Assembly (NCBI GenBank): GCA_050306135.1
Contig: JBNLGQ010000029.1
Location: 128,585-192,584, forward strand
Length of the DNA stretch: 64,000 nt
Origin: Gammaproteobacteria bacterium
GTDB lineage: Bacteria > Pseudomonadota > Gammaproteobacteria > GCA-001735895
Direction: 5' to 3'
Position 1 is the first letter of the stretch. Every line of letters begins with the position of its first letter. Below the pieces are notes generated by a model. It ran no database searches. It saw nothing but the letters and a program-made list of their open reading frames with translations, and had not been told where the DNA came from. The translations under genes and the position numbers were made by a program. Positions 1 through 10,198 of the stretch are shown here, in pieces.

Positions 1-1
1 A

Positions 2-364
2 ACTGCTCTACAGGCCTTGAGCATTATCGAGCAGAATGTGACTCACCCTGGGCAGGTATTTGCTGCCAACCAGCAGGCCGAGCAGCGTATATTTTTGGGA
101 GATTCCAGTTTCTGGGCGATTCTTAATGACATGCTCAGTTCAACACCTCCTTTATTAAAGCTTTCGGAAGGTACAGAGGTAACAAGTCAAATCACTCAAA
201 ATCAAAAGCTCAGTATTACTGCAGCCGGTAAAGCCGTGTTAGCGAATGAGTTAAACTGGCTGGATATCATGCCTGTAGATCGCTGGATCGGCGGGGTTCA
301 TTTGACTCAGGACCGTTTATGGTGCTGGAAAGAGGCAGAGGGTTCTATCGTCCTGAAAGAATGA
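2..364 (+). CDS. 5'-truncated protein, probably the C-terminus of a DUF1835-type protein
   Basis: Frame is open from position 2 (TALQALSIIEQ...), so the TTG at 17 is probably not the start; the C-terminal 'DRWIGGVHL' motif resembles DUF1835-family C-termini. Confidence 0.5.
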   Translation, partial: TALQALSIIEQNVTHPGQVFAANQQAEQRIFLGDSSFWAILNDMLSSTPPLLKLSEGTEVTSQITQNQKLSITAAGKAVLANELNWLDIMPVDRWIGGVHLTQDRLWCWKEAEGSIVLKE

Positions 365-434
365 GCCCTAATTCGCCTCAGCTGCGCTTTTCAATGTACA
401 ATCTTTTATCAGGTTAACGCTAAAGGGTGGCAAT

Positions 435-2252
435 ATGAGCTGGCAACGAAAGATACTACGTATCAATCTGACGCAAGGAAGCTGTGAGGTTGAACCATTG
501 AATATGCAGTGGGCTGAACAATACCTCGGTCAACGTGGGCTGGGCAGTAAGTATCTACTGGAAGAAATGGATCCTGCAGTAGATGCACTATCGCCAGAAA
601 ATAAGCTGATCTTCGCCACAGGCCCACTAACTGGCACCATGGCTGCCACCGCTGGGCGTTATTCAGTCATTACCAAAGGACCGTTAACCGGTGCCATAGC
701 CTGTTCCAATTCGGGCGGAAAATTTGGCGCCGAACTGAAATTCGCCGGATATGATCTATTGATGATAGAAGGGCAGTCGGCAAAACCGGTTTATCTGCAT
801 ATCGAAAACGAAAAAGCCGAACTATGCGATGCGACTGATCTATGGGGACAGACTACCTGGCAAACGGAGTCCCTGATCCACGACCGATATCAGGATCCAC
901 TGATGCGCATCGCCAGTATCGGACCCGCTGGTGAAAACCTGTGTCGATTCGCCTGTGTAGTGAATGATAAGCATCGCGCGGCGGGTCGTTCCGGGGTAGG
1001 GTCTGTAATGGGGTCAAAGAGACTTAAGGCAATTGCAGTACGTGGAACTGCGGGACTAAAGCATGCAGATCCTCAACGTTTTGTCAGCCTGATCAATAGT
1101 ATCAATGCCCGACTCACACAGCGCGAAGGTTATACGCGCGATGGCACACTGGCGATGATCGATGTCACCAATCGCTTTGGCAGCCTGCCTACACGCAATA
1201 ACCGTAGTGTACGTTTTGAGGGGGCGCATAACCTCAATCCCGAAGCGATGCAAACCCCAAATCAACATGGGCATACCAATCTGGTGACCAATGCCGCCTG
1301 TTTTGCCTGCACCATCGCCTGTGGGCGTATCAGTAAGGTCGATCCGCAGCACTTCTCCGTCAGGGATAAACCTCAATATCATGGGGCCTCTGGAGGGCTG
1401 GAGTATGAATCAGCTTATGCACTGGGTGCCGCAGTGGGTGTGGATGACATCGACGCGGCAACTTACGCCGGTTTTCTGTGTAACGAATATGGTATGGATC
1501 CTATCTCTTTGGGAGGGACGATTGCTGCCGCCATGGAGCTTTACGATCTGGGTATCATTAATGAAGCTGATACCGGCGGAATCAAACTGGAATTCGGAAA
1601 TGCAGAAGCTTTGTGTCAGATCACCGAACTCACTGCAAGGGGGGAAGGTTTTGGTAAGGAAATAGGATTAGGTTCTCGTCGGCTGACGGAAAAATATGGT
1701 CATCCAGAGCTTTCCATGTCGGTTAAGGGGCAGGAGTTTGCTGCTTACGATGGGCGCAGTATGCAGGGTATGGGGCTGGCTTATGCAACCAGTAATCGAG
1801 GAGCCTGCCATTTGCGTGCGGCACCTTTCAAACATGATTTCAACACTACTGAGATTGCAGAAAAACCAACCATCGTAAAAGACAGTCAGGATGATATTGC
1901 TTTTATCGATTCCAGTGGCTTATGTCTATTCCCACGAGGTTGTGGATGGACCATAGAAGACTTTCTGGCTATGGTCGATGCCGACAGTGACAGTAAATGG
2001 GATTTACAGCGCTTAAGATTGACCGGGGAACGCATCTGGAACCTGGAACGACAGTTCAATTTACGTGCCGGATTTGAGGGTAAGGATGACACCCTGCCGC
2101 AAAGAATACTGCAGGAGCCAGCCGATGCAGGCGTCGCTAAAGGGCTGGTTAGTCGATTACCCGAAATGTTACCTGAATATTATCAACTGAGAGGTTGGGA
2201 TGAGCAGGGAATTCCTACTGCACAAACCCTGCAAAGGCTGGATTTAGAATAA
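435..2252 (+). CDS. aor: Aldehyde:ferredoxin oxidoreductase family protein (tungstopterin/4Fe-4S AOR catalytic subunit)
   Basis: 605 aa; AOR motifs SNSGG, RAAGRSGVGSVMGSKRLKAI, Fe-S motif CFACTIAC, ATSNRGACH, and C-terminal EYYQLRGWDEQGIP. Confidence 0.92.
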   Translation: MSWQRKILRINLTQGSCEVEPLNMQWAEQYLGQRGLGSKYLLEEMDPAVDALSPENKLIFATGPLTGTMAATAGRYSVITKGPLTGAIACSNSGGKFGAELKFAGYDLLMIEGQSAKPVYLHIENEKAELCDATDLWGQTTWQTESLIHDRYQDPLMRIASIGPAGENLCRFACVVNDKHRAAGRSGVGSVMGSKRLKAIAVRGTAGLKHADPQRFVSLINSINARLTQREGYTRDGTLAMIDVTNRFGSLPTRNNRSVRFEGAHNLNPEAMQTPNQHGHTNLVTNAACFACTIACGRISKVDPQHFSVRDKPQYHGASGGLEYESAYALGAAVGVDDIDAATYAGFLCNEYGMDPISLGGTIAAAMELYDLGIINEADTGGIKLEFGNAEALCQITELTARGEGFGKEIGLGSRRLTEKYGHPELSMSVKGQEFAAYDGRSMQGMGLAYATSNRGACHLRAAPFKHDFNTTEIAEKPTIVKDSQDDIAFIDSSGLCLFPRGCGWTIEDFLAMVDADSDSKWDLQRLRLTGERIWNLERQFNLRAGFEGKDDTLPQRILQEPADAGVAKGLVSRLPEMLPEYYQLRGWDEQGIPTAQTLQRLDLE

Positions 2253-2266
2253 CACCAGTGGCGAAC

Positions 2267-2518
2267 ATGAAAATTACAGCCCAGCTATTTGGTTCCTTAC
2301 GTTTGCATTTACCCGATGGCAGTGAGTTTAACCGCTGCGAAGTCGAGCTGGATGAAACAGCGACGCTTACTCAATTATTATCAAAGCTTCAGTTACCACA
2401 TAGTGAAGACTTTATTATTCTTCTCAACGATCAGAAAATCCACCAGAATGAATACGAATCTACTTTATTAAAGGAGACTGATGAAGTGGTTTTATTGCCG
2501 CCTATTAAGGGCGGCTAG
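2267..2518 (+). CDS. MoaD/ThiS family sulfur carrier protein
   Basis: Ubiquitin-like size with C-terminal LLPPIKGG di-glycine, directly downstream of aor; start is GTG 2258 or ATG 2267. Confidence 0.85.
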   Translation: MKITAQLFGSLRLHLPDGSEFNRCEVELDETATLTQLLSKLQLPHSEDFIILLNDQKIHQNEYESTLLKETDEVVLLPPIKGG

Positions 2519-2527
2519 CTGTCGACT

Positions 2528-3040
2528 TTACAAACTATGTCGTGAAAGCGCCTGTCTTAAAGCATCTTTAACTTCGTCATTAAAGCAGGCGAAGATGATA
2601 TGTTGTAAATTTTCTAGTTCCTGTCGATGCTGAACGATGGCTTGTATGGCAATTTGAGCGGCTGGGATAATCGGATATCCGTATACCCCACAACTGATGG
2701 CTGGGAAGGCGATACTCTGACAGTCATTCGATTCAGCCAGTTTAAGACTCTCTATGTAACAGGAAGCTAATAGTTCAGCTTCCCTGTGCTGCCCACCCTG
2801 CCATACCGGGCCTACGGTATGAATCACGAAACGCGCAGGTAGTTTAAAGCCTCTGGTGATTTTGGCCTGTCCAGTTTCACAACCATTTAGCTTTCGGCAG
2901 GCTTCCAGTAGCTCCGGCCCTGCAGCCCGGTGAATAGCACCATCTACGCCACCACCGCCCAGCAATGAATTATTAGCCGCATTTACAATAGCGTCGACTG
3001 TGAGGGTAGTAATATCTGCCTGTATGATTTCAATCTGCAT
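2528..3040 (-). CDS. Macro domain protein (O-acetyl-ADP-ribose deacetylase, YmdB-like)
   Basis: [34 protein letters not shown] and [12 protein letters not shown] macro-domain motifs. Confidence 0.95.
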   Translation of the reverse strand: MQIEIIQADITTLTVDAIVNAANNSLLGGGGVDGAIHRAAGPELLEACRKLNGCETGQAKITRGFKLPARFVIHTVGPVWQGGQHREAELLASCYIESLKLAESNDCQSIAFPAISCGVYGYPIIPAAQIAIQAIVQHRQELENLQHIIFACFNDEVKDALRQALSRHSL

Positions 3041-3250
3041 GACTATGTATGCCCCTGGTTACTAATAATATATAAGTTTTAACAAGATTCGCTTTTGTGA
3101 TGGCTGAAAAGTTTTTCTGAATTAACGAAATATTATCCTCACGTTATATATCTTTCATTCAAAATCCGTATCATCTCGCACTTATTTTAATTTTCTGCGA
3201 ATAATAGTCAGAAAATTGTAAAACTTTACCAGGTTCAATAAAGACAATAC

Positions 3251-4048
3251 ATGGATACTCTACAAATAGTTGTGCTGGCAATCGTTCAGGGGTTGACCGA
3301 ATTTCTGCCTATCTCAAGTTCGGCACATCTTATTCTGGTGCCGGTCATTCTGCATTGGCCCGATCAGGGGCTGGTGTTTGATGTTGCTATGCATGTCGGT
3401 TCACTGATAGCGGTGATGTATTATTTCCGCGTAGAAATTATCAATATGACTGGCGCATGGTTCGCTAGTGTATTCAAGCAGCAGCATAATCAGGATAGCC
3501 GTCTGGCCTGGTGGGTCATTCTGGGTACCATACCTGCGGTTATCGTTGGTATGTTATTCAAGGACATTATCGAAACCGAACTGCGTTCACCTTTGGTCAT
3601 TGCATGGGCAACTATAGGTTTTGGCTTGCTGTTAGGCATCGCTGATCGCGTTCAACGTCATGTTCGTAGTGAATACACCCTGAGCTTTAAGGATGTTTTG
3701 ATTGTAGGCTGTTTTCAGGCACTTGCCCTGATTCCAGGTACTTCACGCTCAGGGATTACTATGACTGCAGGGCTATTTCTAGGTTTAAACAGAGCTGCTT
3801 CAGCTCGTTTTTCCTTTCTATTATCAATCCCGATTATCATTGCCAGTGGCCTGTTTAAAACCAAAGATCTGATTGAGTCTCAGGTGACTATACAATGGTC
3901 GATGTTGTTCATGGCTGTGGTTTTATCAGCATTGAGCGCCTGGATATGTATTCATTTCTTCCTGCGCCTGATTAACCGCGTTGGCATGATGCCATTTGTA
4001 ATGTATCGACTGGTGCTGGGAATCTTTCTACTTTATCTCTTTATGTAG
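3251..4048 (+). CDS. uppP: Undecaprenyl-diphosphate phosphatase (BacA)
   Basis: QGLTEFLPISSSAHL and PGTSRSG signatures; polytopic membrane protein. Confidence 0.95.
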   Translation: MDTLQIVVLAIVQGLTEFLPISSSAHLILVPVILHWPDQGLVFDVAMHVGSLIAVMYYFRVEIINMTGAWFASVFKQQHNQDSRLAWWVILGTIPAVIVGMLFKDIIETELRSPLVIAWATIGFGLLLGIADRVQRHVRSEYTLSFKDVLIVGCFQALALIPGTSRSGITMTAGLFLGLNRAASARFSFLLSIPIIIASGLFKTKDLIESQVTIQWSMLFMAVVLSALSAWICIHFFLRLINRVGMMPFVMYRLVLGIFLLYLFM

Positions 4049-4195
4049 TCATTGGTCACCTAAACGTTATTCCTCTAATCAGGGGCATAAAATTTCCTGA
4101 TAAGATATTCCCAAAATTTAGACTAATGTAATATGATATTGTAGTTGTAAGAAACTACCGTTTAATATAATCATGGAATATTGCAGGGAATTGGG

Positions 4196-5344
4196 ATGAG
4201 CGATATTTGGAATAGTGATCGGAAATTCAAGAGTAATGATATCGTTAATGGTCACGCCAGAGTTGATATCTTTGATGACCATGGTGCGTTACTGGTCAAG
4301 AAAGGTAGTCAGGTCAGCGAAGTCCAGTACCAGCGCATGCGCGATGATGGGTTAATACCGAAGCAGGAAAAAGATTCCAGGCGTAATCCTGATGTTCATA
4401 GTATCCATTATTCTGCTCCCGACTCTATTCATTCCCGTCTAAATAAGTTAATTATTCTTTTTCTGGACTTTCAGAAACGTATTAGAAAGCAACCTCATCC
4501 AGAATTACGCCAGGACCTGAACTACGTTGCCAATTCGCTTAAGAAAATATGCGATGAAAATATATTTCAGGTCCTGGGCGAGTTATTTTTATCAGATGCT
4601 CGCTATTACTCTCATGTAAAACCGCTTTATATTGCCGCTTCATTGAGTGAACTGGTTAAACGCTATAATCAATACTATCCAGATCAGCAAATATCTGCAG
4701 AAAAGAACAGCAAGCTGATGCAGGCTGCTTTAATGCATAACCTGGGTTTATTGATTTCTCAGCATCAAGGTTCCGATTCCAGGAAGAAACTTACTCTGGA
4801 TCAGCGTGCTGAAATTCGGCGTAATTATCCAACAGCCAGCGCGCTTATGGCTGAAAAAATAGGTATAAACGATAGCGATATTCTGGAGGCTATCCGGCAG
4901 CATAATAATGAAACACGGCAGTCCAGGTTAGAGGTCCAGTTACTTCGCATGCCTTTTGTTTATGCGGGTATTGCGATGCGTGAATATGCCGAGCATGAAT
5001 CTATGGATATCATTAACCCTACTCGTGAGTTTGCTCGTCTGTTTTCTGAGAATAAGCTTGATCCCATTTTAGGGGGATTGTTTTTGAAGATTAATGGTCT
5101 TGCACCGGTAGGATCGATTTTACTATTCGACTCTCGTGAGAAGGCAGTGATTGTTGCTGGACCAAATGAAATCAATATCGCTTCATCAATACTGAGAATG
5201 ATTGCCAATAGCAATGGAGCGCAAATGATCCATCCGGGAGAAAAATTTCGCCTTGATCGTACCGTACTTGTGCAAAAAGGGATGTCCAACCATCATGAGT
5301 TTGCATGGAACAAGTTTGCGCCTTTTGCCGTCTGGGAGAAATAA
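4196..5344 (+). CDS. Degenerate HD-GYP-like domain protein
   Basis: HD-GYP-like layout, but ALMHNLG replaces HD, QHN replaces HHE and no GYP motif is present; ATG 4196 preferred over TTG 4181. Confidence 0.55.
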   Translation: MSDIWNSDRKFKSNDIVNGHARVDIFDDHGALLVKKGSQVSEVQYQRMRDDGLIPKQEKDSRRNPDVHSIHYSAPDSIHSRLNKLIILFLDFQKRIRKQPHPELRQDLNYVANSLKKICDENIFQVLGELFLSDARYYSHVKPLYIAASLSELVKRYNQYYPDQQISAEKNSKLMQAALMHNLGLLISQHQGSDSRKKLTLDQRAEIRRNYPTASALMAEKIGINDSDILEAIRQHNNETRQSRLEVQLLRMPFVYAGIAMREYAEHESMDIINPTREFARLFSENKLDPILGGLFLKINGLAPVGSILLFDSREKAVIVAGPNEINIASSILRMIANSNGAQMIHPGEKFRLDRTVLVQKGMSNHHEFAWNKFAPFAVWEK

Positions 5345-5368
5345 TCAAGCCATATAGAAGCGGGTAAA

Positions 5369-6001
5369 TCAGCCGCCTATCAGGCCGCTATGCGCAATTC
5401 CATCAAACATAAACTGCACCGCTAGAGCAGCCAGAATGACTCCAAATACCCGACTGATTACATGAATGCCGGTAATGCCCAGTAGTTTCTGAACCTTGCT
5501 TGATAGTAGTAATAAGATCAGGGTCACTAGTAACACAGCAGTCATTGACGCTATCACGATCGCCTGAGTCTTCGTGTCACCTTGTGCTCTTGCCATCAAT
5601 AGCATGATGGCTCCCATAGACCCAGGACCTGCGATTAATGGTGTTGCTAAGGGAAATACTGAAATATCCTCCTTGCCAGCGCCTTCCTTGTTTTCTTCTT
5701 CGGTGGTACTGGATCCACCTGAAGGTCTTGCGAATACCATATCAATAGCGATTAATAATAGCAGGATGCCACCTGAAAATTTAAGTGCAGCCAGCGAAAT
5801 CCCAAGGGTTTTGAGTAATGTTTCGCCCATTAGCGCAAAAATGATCAATATCACGAAAGCGATCAACGTGCCACGAACTGCCATGGTTCGTTTCTGTTTG
5901 GCATTGCTGCTTTTGGTCATCGCAGCAAAGATAACTGCAACATCCACTGGTCCGATGGTGGCAAAAAAGGTGGTGAAGGTAACGATAGCTGTTTCTAGCA
6001 T
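5369..6001 (-). CDS. MarC family membrane protein
   Basis: Hydrophobic 210 aa protein with VFPLATPLIAGPG and ISRVFGVILAALAVQF MarC motifs. Confidence 0.93.
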   Translation of the reverse strand: MLETAIVTFTTFFATIGPVDVAVIFAAMTKSSNAKQKRTMAVRGTLIAFVILIIFALMGETLLKTLGISLAALKFSGGILLLLIAIDMVFARPSGGSSTTEEENKEGAGKEDISVFPLATPLIAGPGSMGAIMLLMARAQGDTKTQAIVIASMTAVLLVTLILLLLSSKVQKLLGITGIHVISRVFGVILAALAVQFMFDGIAHSGLIGG

Positions 6002-6068
6002 GGATTATATAGCTCTTGTGTATACTCTATTGTGTTAAGCAAGTATTTTTTAAAGAGTCTATCACAAC

Positions 6069-7628
6069 ATGTCAAAACAGATGACTGAACACAAGATACT
6101 GGTGCAATCTATATTGCAGGGGAAGCTATTACCTGAGCAGGAGCATCAGTCGTTCAAATTAATTGAAACCCATATCTCATCGGTGATTGTGGGCGATGAC
6201 ATAGTGTATAAATTGAAAAAGCCTGTGGATTTCGGGTTTCTTGATTTCTCAACGTTACAAAAGCGGCATTTTTATTGCAACGAAGAGATACGTCTAAATC
6301 GACGTTTGAGTCCTCAGTTATATATTGATGTATTACCGGTCTATGGATCTGTTGATGATCCACTCTTAACGGCTCAGGGTAAAGCCATTGAGTATATGGT
6401 TCGTATGAAACCTTTTGCGCAATCTGCTCAACTGGATAGACTGATGCAACAAGGGAATTTGACCCTGGATATTATTAGGCGATTTGCAGACTATATTGCT
6501 GCTTTTCACCAGAACGCTGCTCGCGTTGATGTGAGTAGTTCTTTCGGTAATCCGGAAACGATCAAACTACCCGTGGATGAAAACTTTACACAGATAAGGT
6601 CATTCATAAAAAGTAACAGAGCGATTTATCAATTGCAGCAACTGGAAGTCTGGAGTGAAGCAGAATTTTCCTGTATTCAGTCGTTATTACAGCAGCGTAG
6701 AAGTGAGGGCTTTATTCGTGAATGTCATGGCGACTTACACCTACGCAATCTGGCCTGGATGAATGATCAGCCAATGGCCTTCGACTGTATTGAATTTGAT
6801 CCAAAGCTGTACTGGATAGACGTTATTAGTGACCTGTCTTTTCTGTGGATGGATCTACGACTTAATCAGCGAGAAGATTTAGCATGGTTACTATTGAACC
6901 AGTATCTATCTCGTAACGGAGATTATTCGTCACTGGCTGTGCTACGTTATTATTCGGTTTACCGTGCTCTGGTTCGAGCCAAGATTGCTGCTATCAATGT
7001 TTCTCAGTCAGGTTCAGAAGACTCGGTTGATGATCTTGAGAAGCACATGGATCTTGCGCTTACGCTCAGCAAACAATCCAAACCTGTCATCTACCTGATG
7101 CATGGCCCATCGGCTTCGGGTAAGAGTACTTTATCTCAGCAGCTTTCAGCGCCTTTGCAGGCTGTCATTCTGCGCTCAGATGTTGAACGTAAACGTTTGT
7201 TTGGGTTAATCGCAGAACACAATGCTGCAAGTGATCCTGATAAGGGTATATATAGCAGTGAAGCCACTCAACAAACCTATCAGCACATGCTTGAATTATC
7301 CTGCCAGGTACTCAGAGCCGGTTATTCAGTGATTGTCGATGCAACCTTCAGTGATCCGCATCAGCGGGCTTTATTTACTGAGGACGCCGATATCAAAAAA
7401 TACTGCTGTGTGATTCTGGATCTACAGGTGTCAGAGGCAAAATTAAGGCAACGTATACAACAACGGAAGCGAGATGTATCCGATGCTGATATTCGAATTC
7501 TGGAGAATCAATTACAAAACTGGCAGCCTCTTAATCAGGATGAAAAGGCTTATGCAGTCCAGATAGATCTTGATGAAGAGATTGATTTGCCGACTATTGT
7601 GGCTGAAATAAAGTCAGCTGAAACTTAG
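6069..7628 (+). CDS. Aminoglycoside-phosphotransferase-like kinase fused to AAA_33/P-loop kinase domain
   Basis: ETHIS...YKLKKPVDFGFLDFST, ECHGDLHLRN and DCIEF kinase motifs; Walker A GPSASGKS; IVDATF. Confidence 0.88.
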   Translation: MSKQMTEHKILVQSILQGKLLPEQEHQSFKLIETHISSVIVGDDIVYKLKKPVDFGFLDFSTLQKRHFYCNEEIRLNRRLSPQLYIDVLPVYGSVDDPLLTAQGKAIEYMVRMKPFAQSAQLDRLMQQGNLTLDIIRRFADYIAAFHQNAARVDVSSSFGNPETIKLPVDENFTQIRSFIKSNRAIYQLQQLEVWSEAEFSCIQSLLQQRRSEGFIRECHGDLHLRNLAWMNDQPMAFDCIEFDPKLYWIDVISDLSFLWMDLRLNQREDLAWLLLNQYLSRNGDYSSLAVLRYYSVYRALVRAKIAAINVSQSGSEDSVDDLEKHMDLALTLSKQSKPVIYLMHGPSASGKSTLSQQLSAPLQAVILRSDVERKRLFGLIAEHNAASDPDKGIYSSEATQQTYQHMLELSCQVLRAGYSVIVDATFSDPHQRALFTEDADIKKYCCVILDLQVSEAKLRQRIQQRKRDVSDADIRILENQLQNWQPLNQDEKAYAVQIDLDEEIDLPTIVAEIKSAET

Positions 7629-7654
7629 TTTATTTAACGTGTAAAAAAATATTT

Positions 7655-7799
<145 letters not shown>

Positions 7800-7851
7800 T
7801 AGAAAGCTTCAAAATATTTAAATAACTGAAGCTCAGAAACAATCAGAAGTT

Positions 7852-9099
7852 CTATAAACAACGCTGAATATCATCAGCGAGTACCTCAACCCAGTGTCTG
7901 ACAGGCACTTCACTGGCTGCTTGCAGATGATGTTCGCAGCCTACGTTAGCGGTAATGATGATATCTGGAGAATGTTTATTCAGTGCATTAATTTTATTAC
8001 GTTGTAGTTGTTGTGAAATCTCTGGCTGAAGCAGTGAGTAAGTACCCGCTGAGCCACAACAAAGATGAGCATTTTGCGGGATATCCAGTTGATAGCCGAG
8101 ATTACTCAGTTGCTGGAAAAGAATATCTGCCTGCTTATGACCATGGGTCAGGGTGCAGGGTGCATGGTAGGCAATACGCTGGTTTGATGCGCTAAAATTG
8201 TTGACGTTTTGTTGTAATGTTGCAGCATCTAATAACTCGCTGATATCCACAATCTTATCGCATAGCGAATGATACTCCGTCTGTCTTTCTACCAGCTTCA
8301 TTTGACTCAGAATATGCGGGTAATCTTTCAACATAATACCGCAACCACTGGCGGTAGAAACTACAGCGTCTAATGTCTGTTGTGCATTTATAGTGGACCA
8401 GCTTGCGAGATTCGCAAGCACCCATTGTTCAGCCTTTTCAGGCTGGCTCAAATGTTGATTGACTGCACCACAGCAACTGCTCTGGCTTTCACGTATCACT
8501 TTATAGCCGAGGCTTTGTAACAGCAATACAGCAGCAGAGTTCGTATTTGGGCTGATGCTACTCTGTACACAGCCTTCCAGTAATAATACTGTTTTGACCG
8601 CTTTAACCGGGCTTTGATTAAAGCTTTTTGCCAGACGATTGTGGGGTACTTTTTTGGCAAGGCTTGCAGGCAACAGTGGACGAAATAAAGCCCCCATTTT
8701 GAATAACCATCTATGTCGAGATGGATAGGGCAGGATATCCCCCAGCAGTTGGCGTATCAGTTTTTGACTGGTAGAACGTAGACCCTGTTTTTCCATATGA
8801 GCTCTACCTATGTCAATTAATTCGGCATAATTGACGCCGGAAGGGCAGGTAGTTTCGCAGGAGCGACAGGTCAGACAACGGTCCAGATGCATCTGTGTTT
8901 CACGGTCTGCTGGTTGACCTTCGAGCATCTGTTTGATTTGATAGATTCTTCCACGTGGCCCATCCAGCTCATTGCCTAACAGCTGGTAGGTTGGGCAGGT
9001 CGCGGTGCAGAAACCGCAATGCACACATTTACGCAGGATTTCGTCGGCGCGGTTACCAGCCGTGGTATTAAGCAGTTGAGGGATAATACTGGTTTGCAT
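7852..9099 (-). CDS. glcF: Glycolate oxidase iron-sulfur subunit
   Basis: CVHCGFCTATCPTY and CLTCRSCETTC 4Fe-4S motifs, two CCG domains, cotranscribed with glcDE. Confidence 0.93.
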   Translation of the reverse strand: MQTSIIPQLLNTTAGNRADEILRKCVHCGFCTATCPTYQLLGNELDGPRGRIYQIKQMLEGQPADRETQMHLDRCLTCRSCETTCPSGVNYAELIDIGRAHMEKQGLRSTSQKLIRQLLGDILPYPSRHRWLFKMGALFRPLLPASLAKKVPHNRLAKSFNQSPVKAVKTVLLLEGCVQSSISPNTNSAAVLLLQSLGYKVIRESQSSCCGAVNQHLSQPEKAEQWVLANLASWSTINAQQTLDAVVSTASGCGIMLKDYPHILSQMKLVERQTEYHSLCDKIVDISELLDAATLQQNVNNFSASNQRIAYHAPCTLTHGHKQADILFQQLSNLGYQLDIPQNAHLCCGSAGTYSLLQPEISQQLQRNKINALNKHSPDIIITANVGCEHHLQAASEVPVRHWVEVLADDIQRCL

Positions 9100-9125
9100 A
9101 TTACTGCCTTCTTATCTTCATCTGC

Positions 9126-10193
9126 TTAATCACTAAACTGACTGAGTTTTGGGTTGAACAGCTTATGAGGGTCAAAAGCACGTTTGATTTTCTGATGCAT
9201 CTTGATTTGCAAGCTATCCATCAAGGTTGCTGGTTGGGTGGGTGCTGTACCTCTATGTGCCTCTATATAGCCGCCAATATTACGAATATGCATGAAGTCA
9301 CTTTGTGTTATCGTGTCGCTGTGTAGCCAGCGTAAACCGCCACACCAGTCAATAAAACAGGAGTGATTATTTTCCAGTTCGAGCGGCATTGTGCTTGCCG
9401 GTAAAATAATGCGCCAGAGTGATTTTGCATCGGTAAAGAATGGGTGCGTTTGCTGCTGTATGCTGTCCCAGAACTGCTGATCGTCTGGCATGGCTTCGCC
9501 GCCCATTTTCTGTTCGGCATGTCGTACTCCTGACTCGGTACCCTGTAGTCGAATGATCAATTGTTGCTGGTAATAACAGGCTGCTGTTATCGGTAAAGCC
9601 TGTCCAGCCATTTGATTCATGCTGTGAATGGCTGTTGCTTCATCCTGTTCAAAAGTTAGTGTAATCTGGGTTTCTGGTTGGGGTAGCACCTTAAGTGTAA
9701 TATCTAATATTGGTCCCAGAGTGCCTCGGGAGCCACACAGCAGACGTGATATGTCGTAACCAGCGACATTTTTCATCACCTGTCCGCCGCCACTTAACTG
9801 TTGTGCTAGTCCATTAATGATACTGACACCCAGTACATGATCACGGATGGCGCCATGAAACGGCCGACCTGACCCGCTATGGCCTAGCGCGATGGCACCA
9901 CCAATCGTACAGGCTTCAGAATACATCGGGAAGTCAGTTGGAAGACGCTGTCTGTTCTGTTCTAACAGAGGTTTTAATTCATTGATGGCTGTACCACTAC
10001 GAACTTTTAAGGTGAGTTCTGTGGGCTGGTAATCGATCACTCCTGAATGCTCTCGCATATCTATGCAAAGCGATTCGCTAAACTCATCCAGCATAAATTG
10101 ATGGCTACCCGACCCATGAATGGAGAGCGCCTGCAGATTTCCAAGCGCCTGTTCAACCTGCTGCTGTATCTGTTGTGTATTGTCCTGGTCCAT
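9126..10193 (-). CDS. glcE: Glycolate oxidase FAD-binding subunit GlcE
   Basis: GGQVMKNVAGYD motif; C-terminal IKRAFDPHKLFNP; ATG at 10193 lies just after the glcD stop. Confidence 0.9.
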   Translation of the reverse strand: MDQDNTQQIQQQVEQALGNLQALSIHGSGSHQFMLDEFSESLCIDMREHSGVIDYQPTELTLKVRSGTAINELKPLLEQNRQRLPTDFPMYSEACTIGGAIALGHSGSGRPFHGAIRDHVLGVSIINGLAQQLSGGGQVMKNVAGYDISRLLCGSRGTLGPILDITLKVLPQPETQITLTFEQDEATAIHSMNQMAGQALPITAACYYQQQLIIRLQGTESGVRHAEQKMGGEAMPDDQQFWDSIQQQTHPFFTDAKSLWRIILPASTMPLELENNHSCFIDWCGGLRWLHSDTITQSDFMHIRNIGGYIEAHRGTAPTQPATLMDSLQIKMHQKIKRAFDPHKLFNPKLSQFSD

Positions 10194-10198
10194 AGTCT

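Noticed and set aside
1056-2092. Alternative-frame ORFs inside aor, and similar 60-170 aa ORFs inside other genes across the window
   Set aside because: Fully nested in well-supported CDSs and without motifs; treated as shadow ORFs
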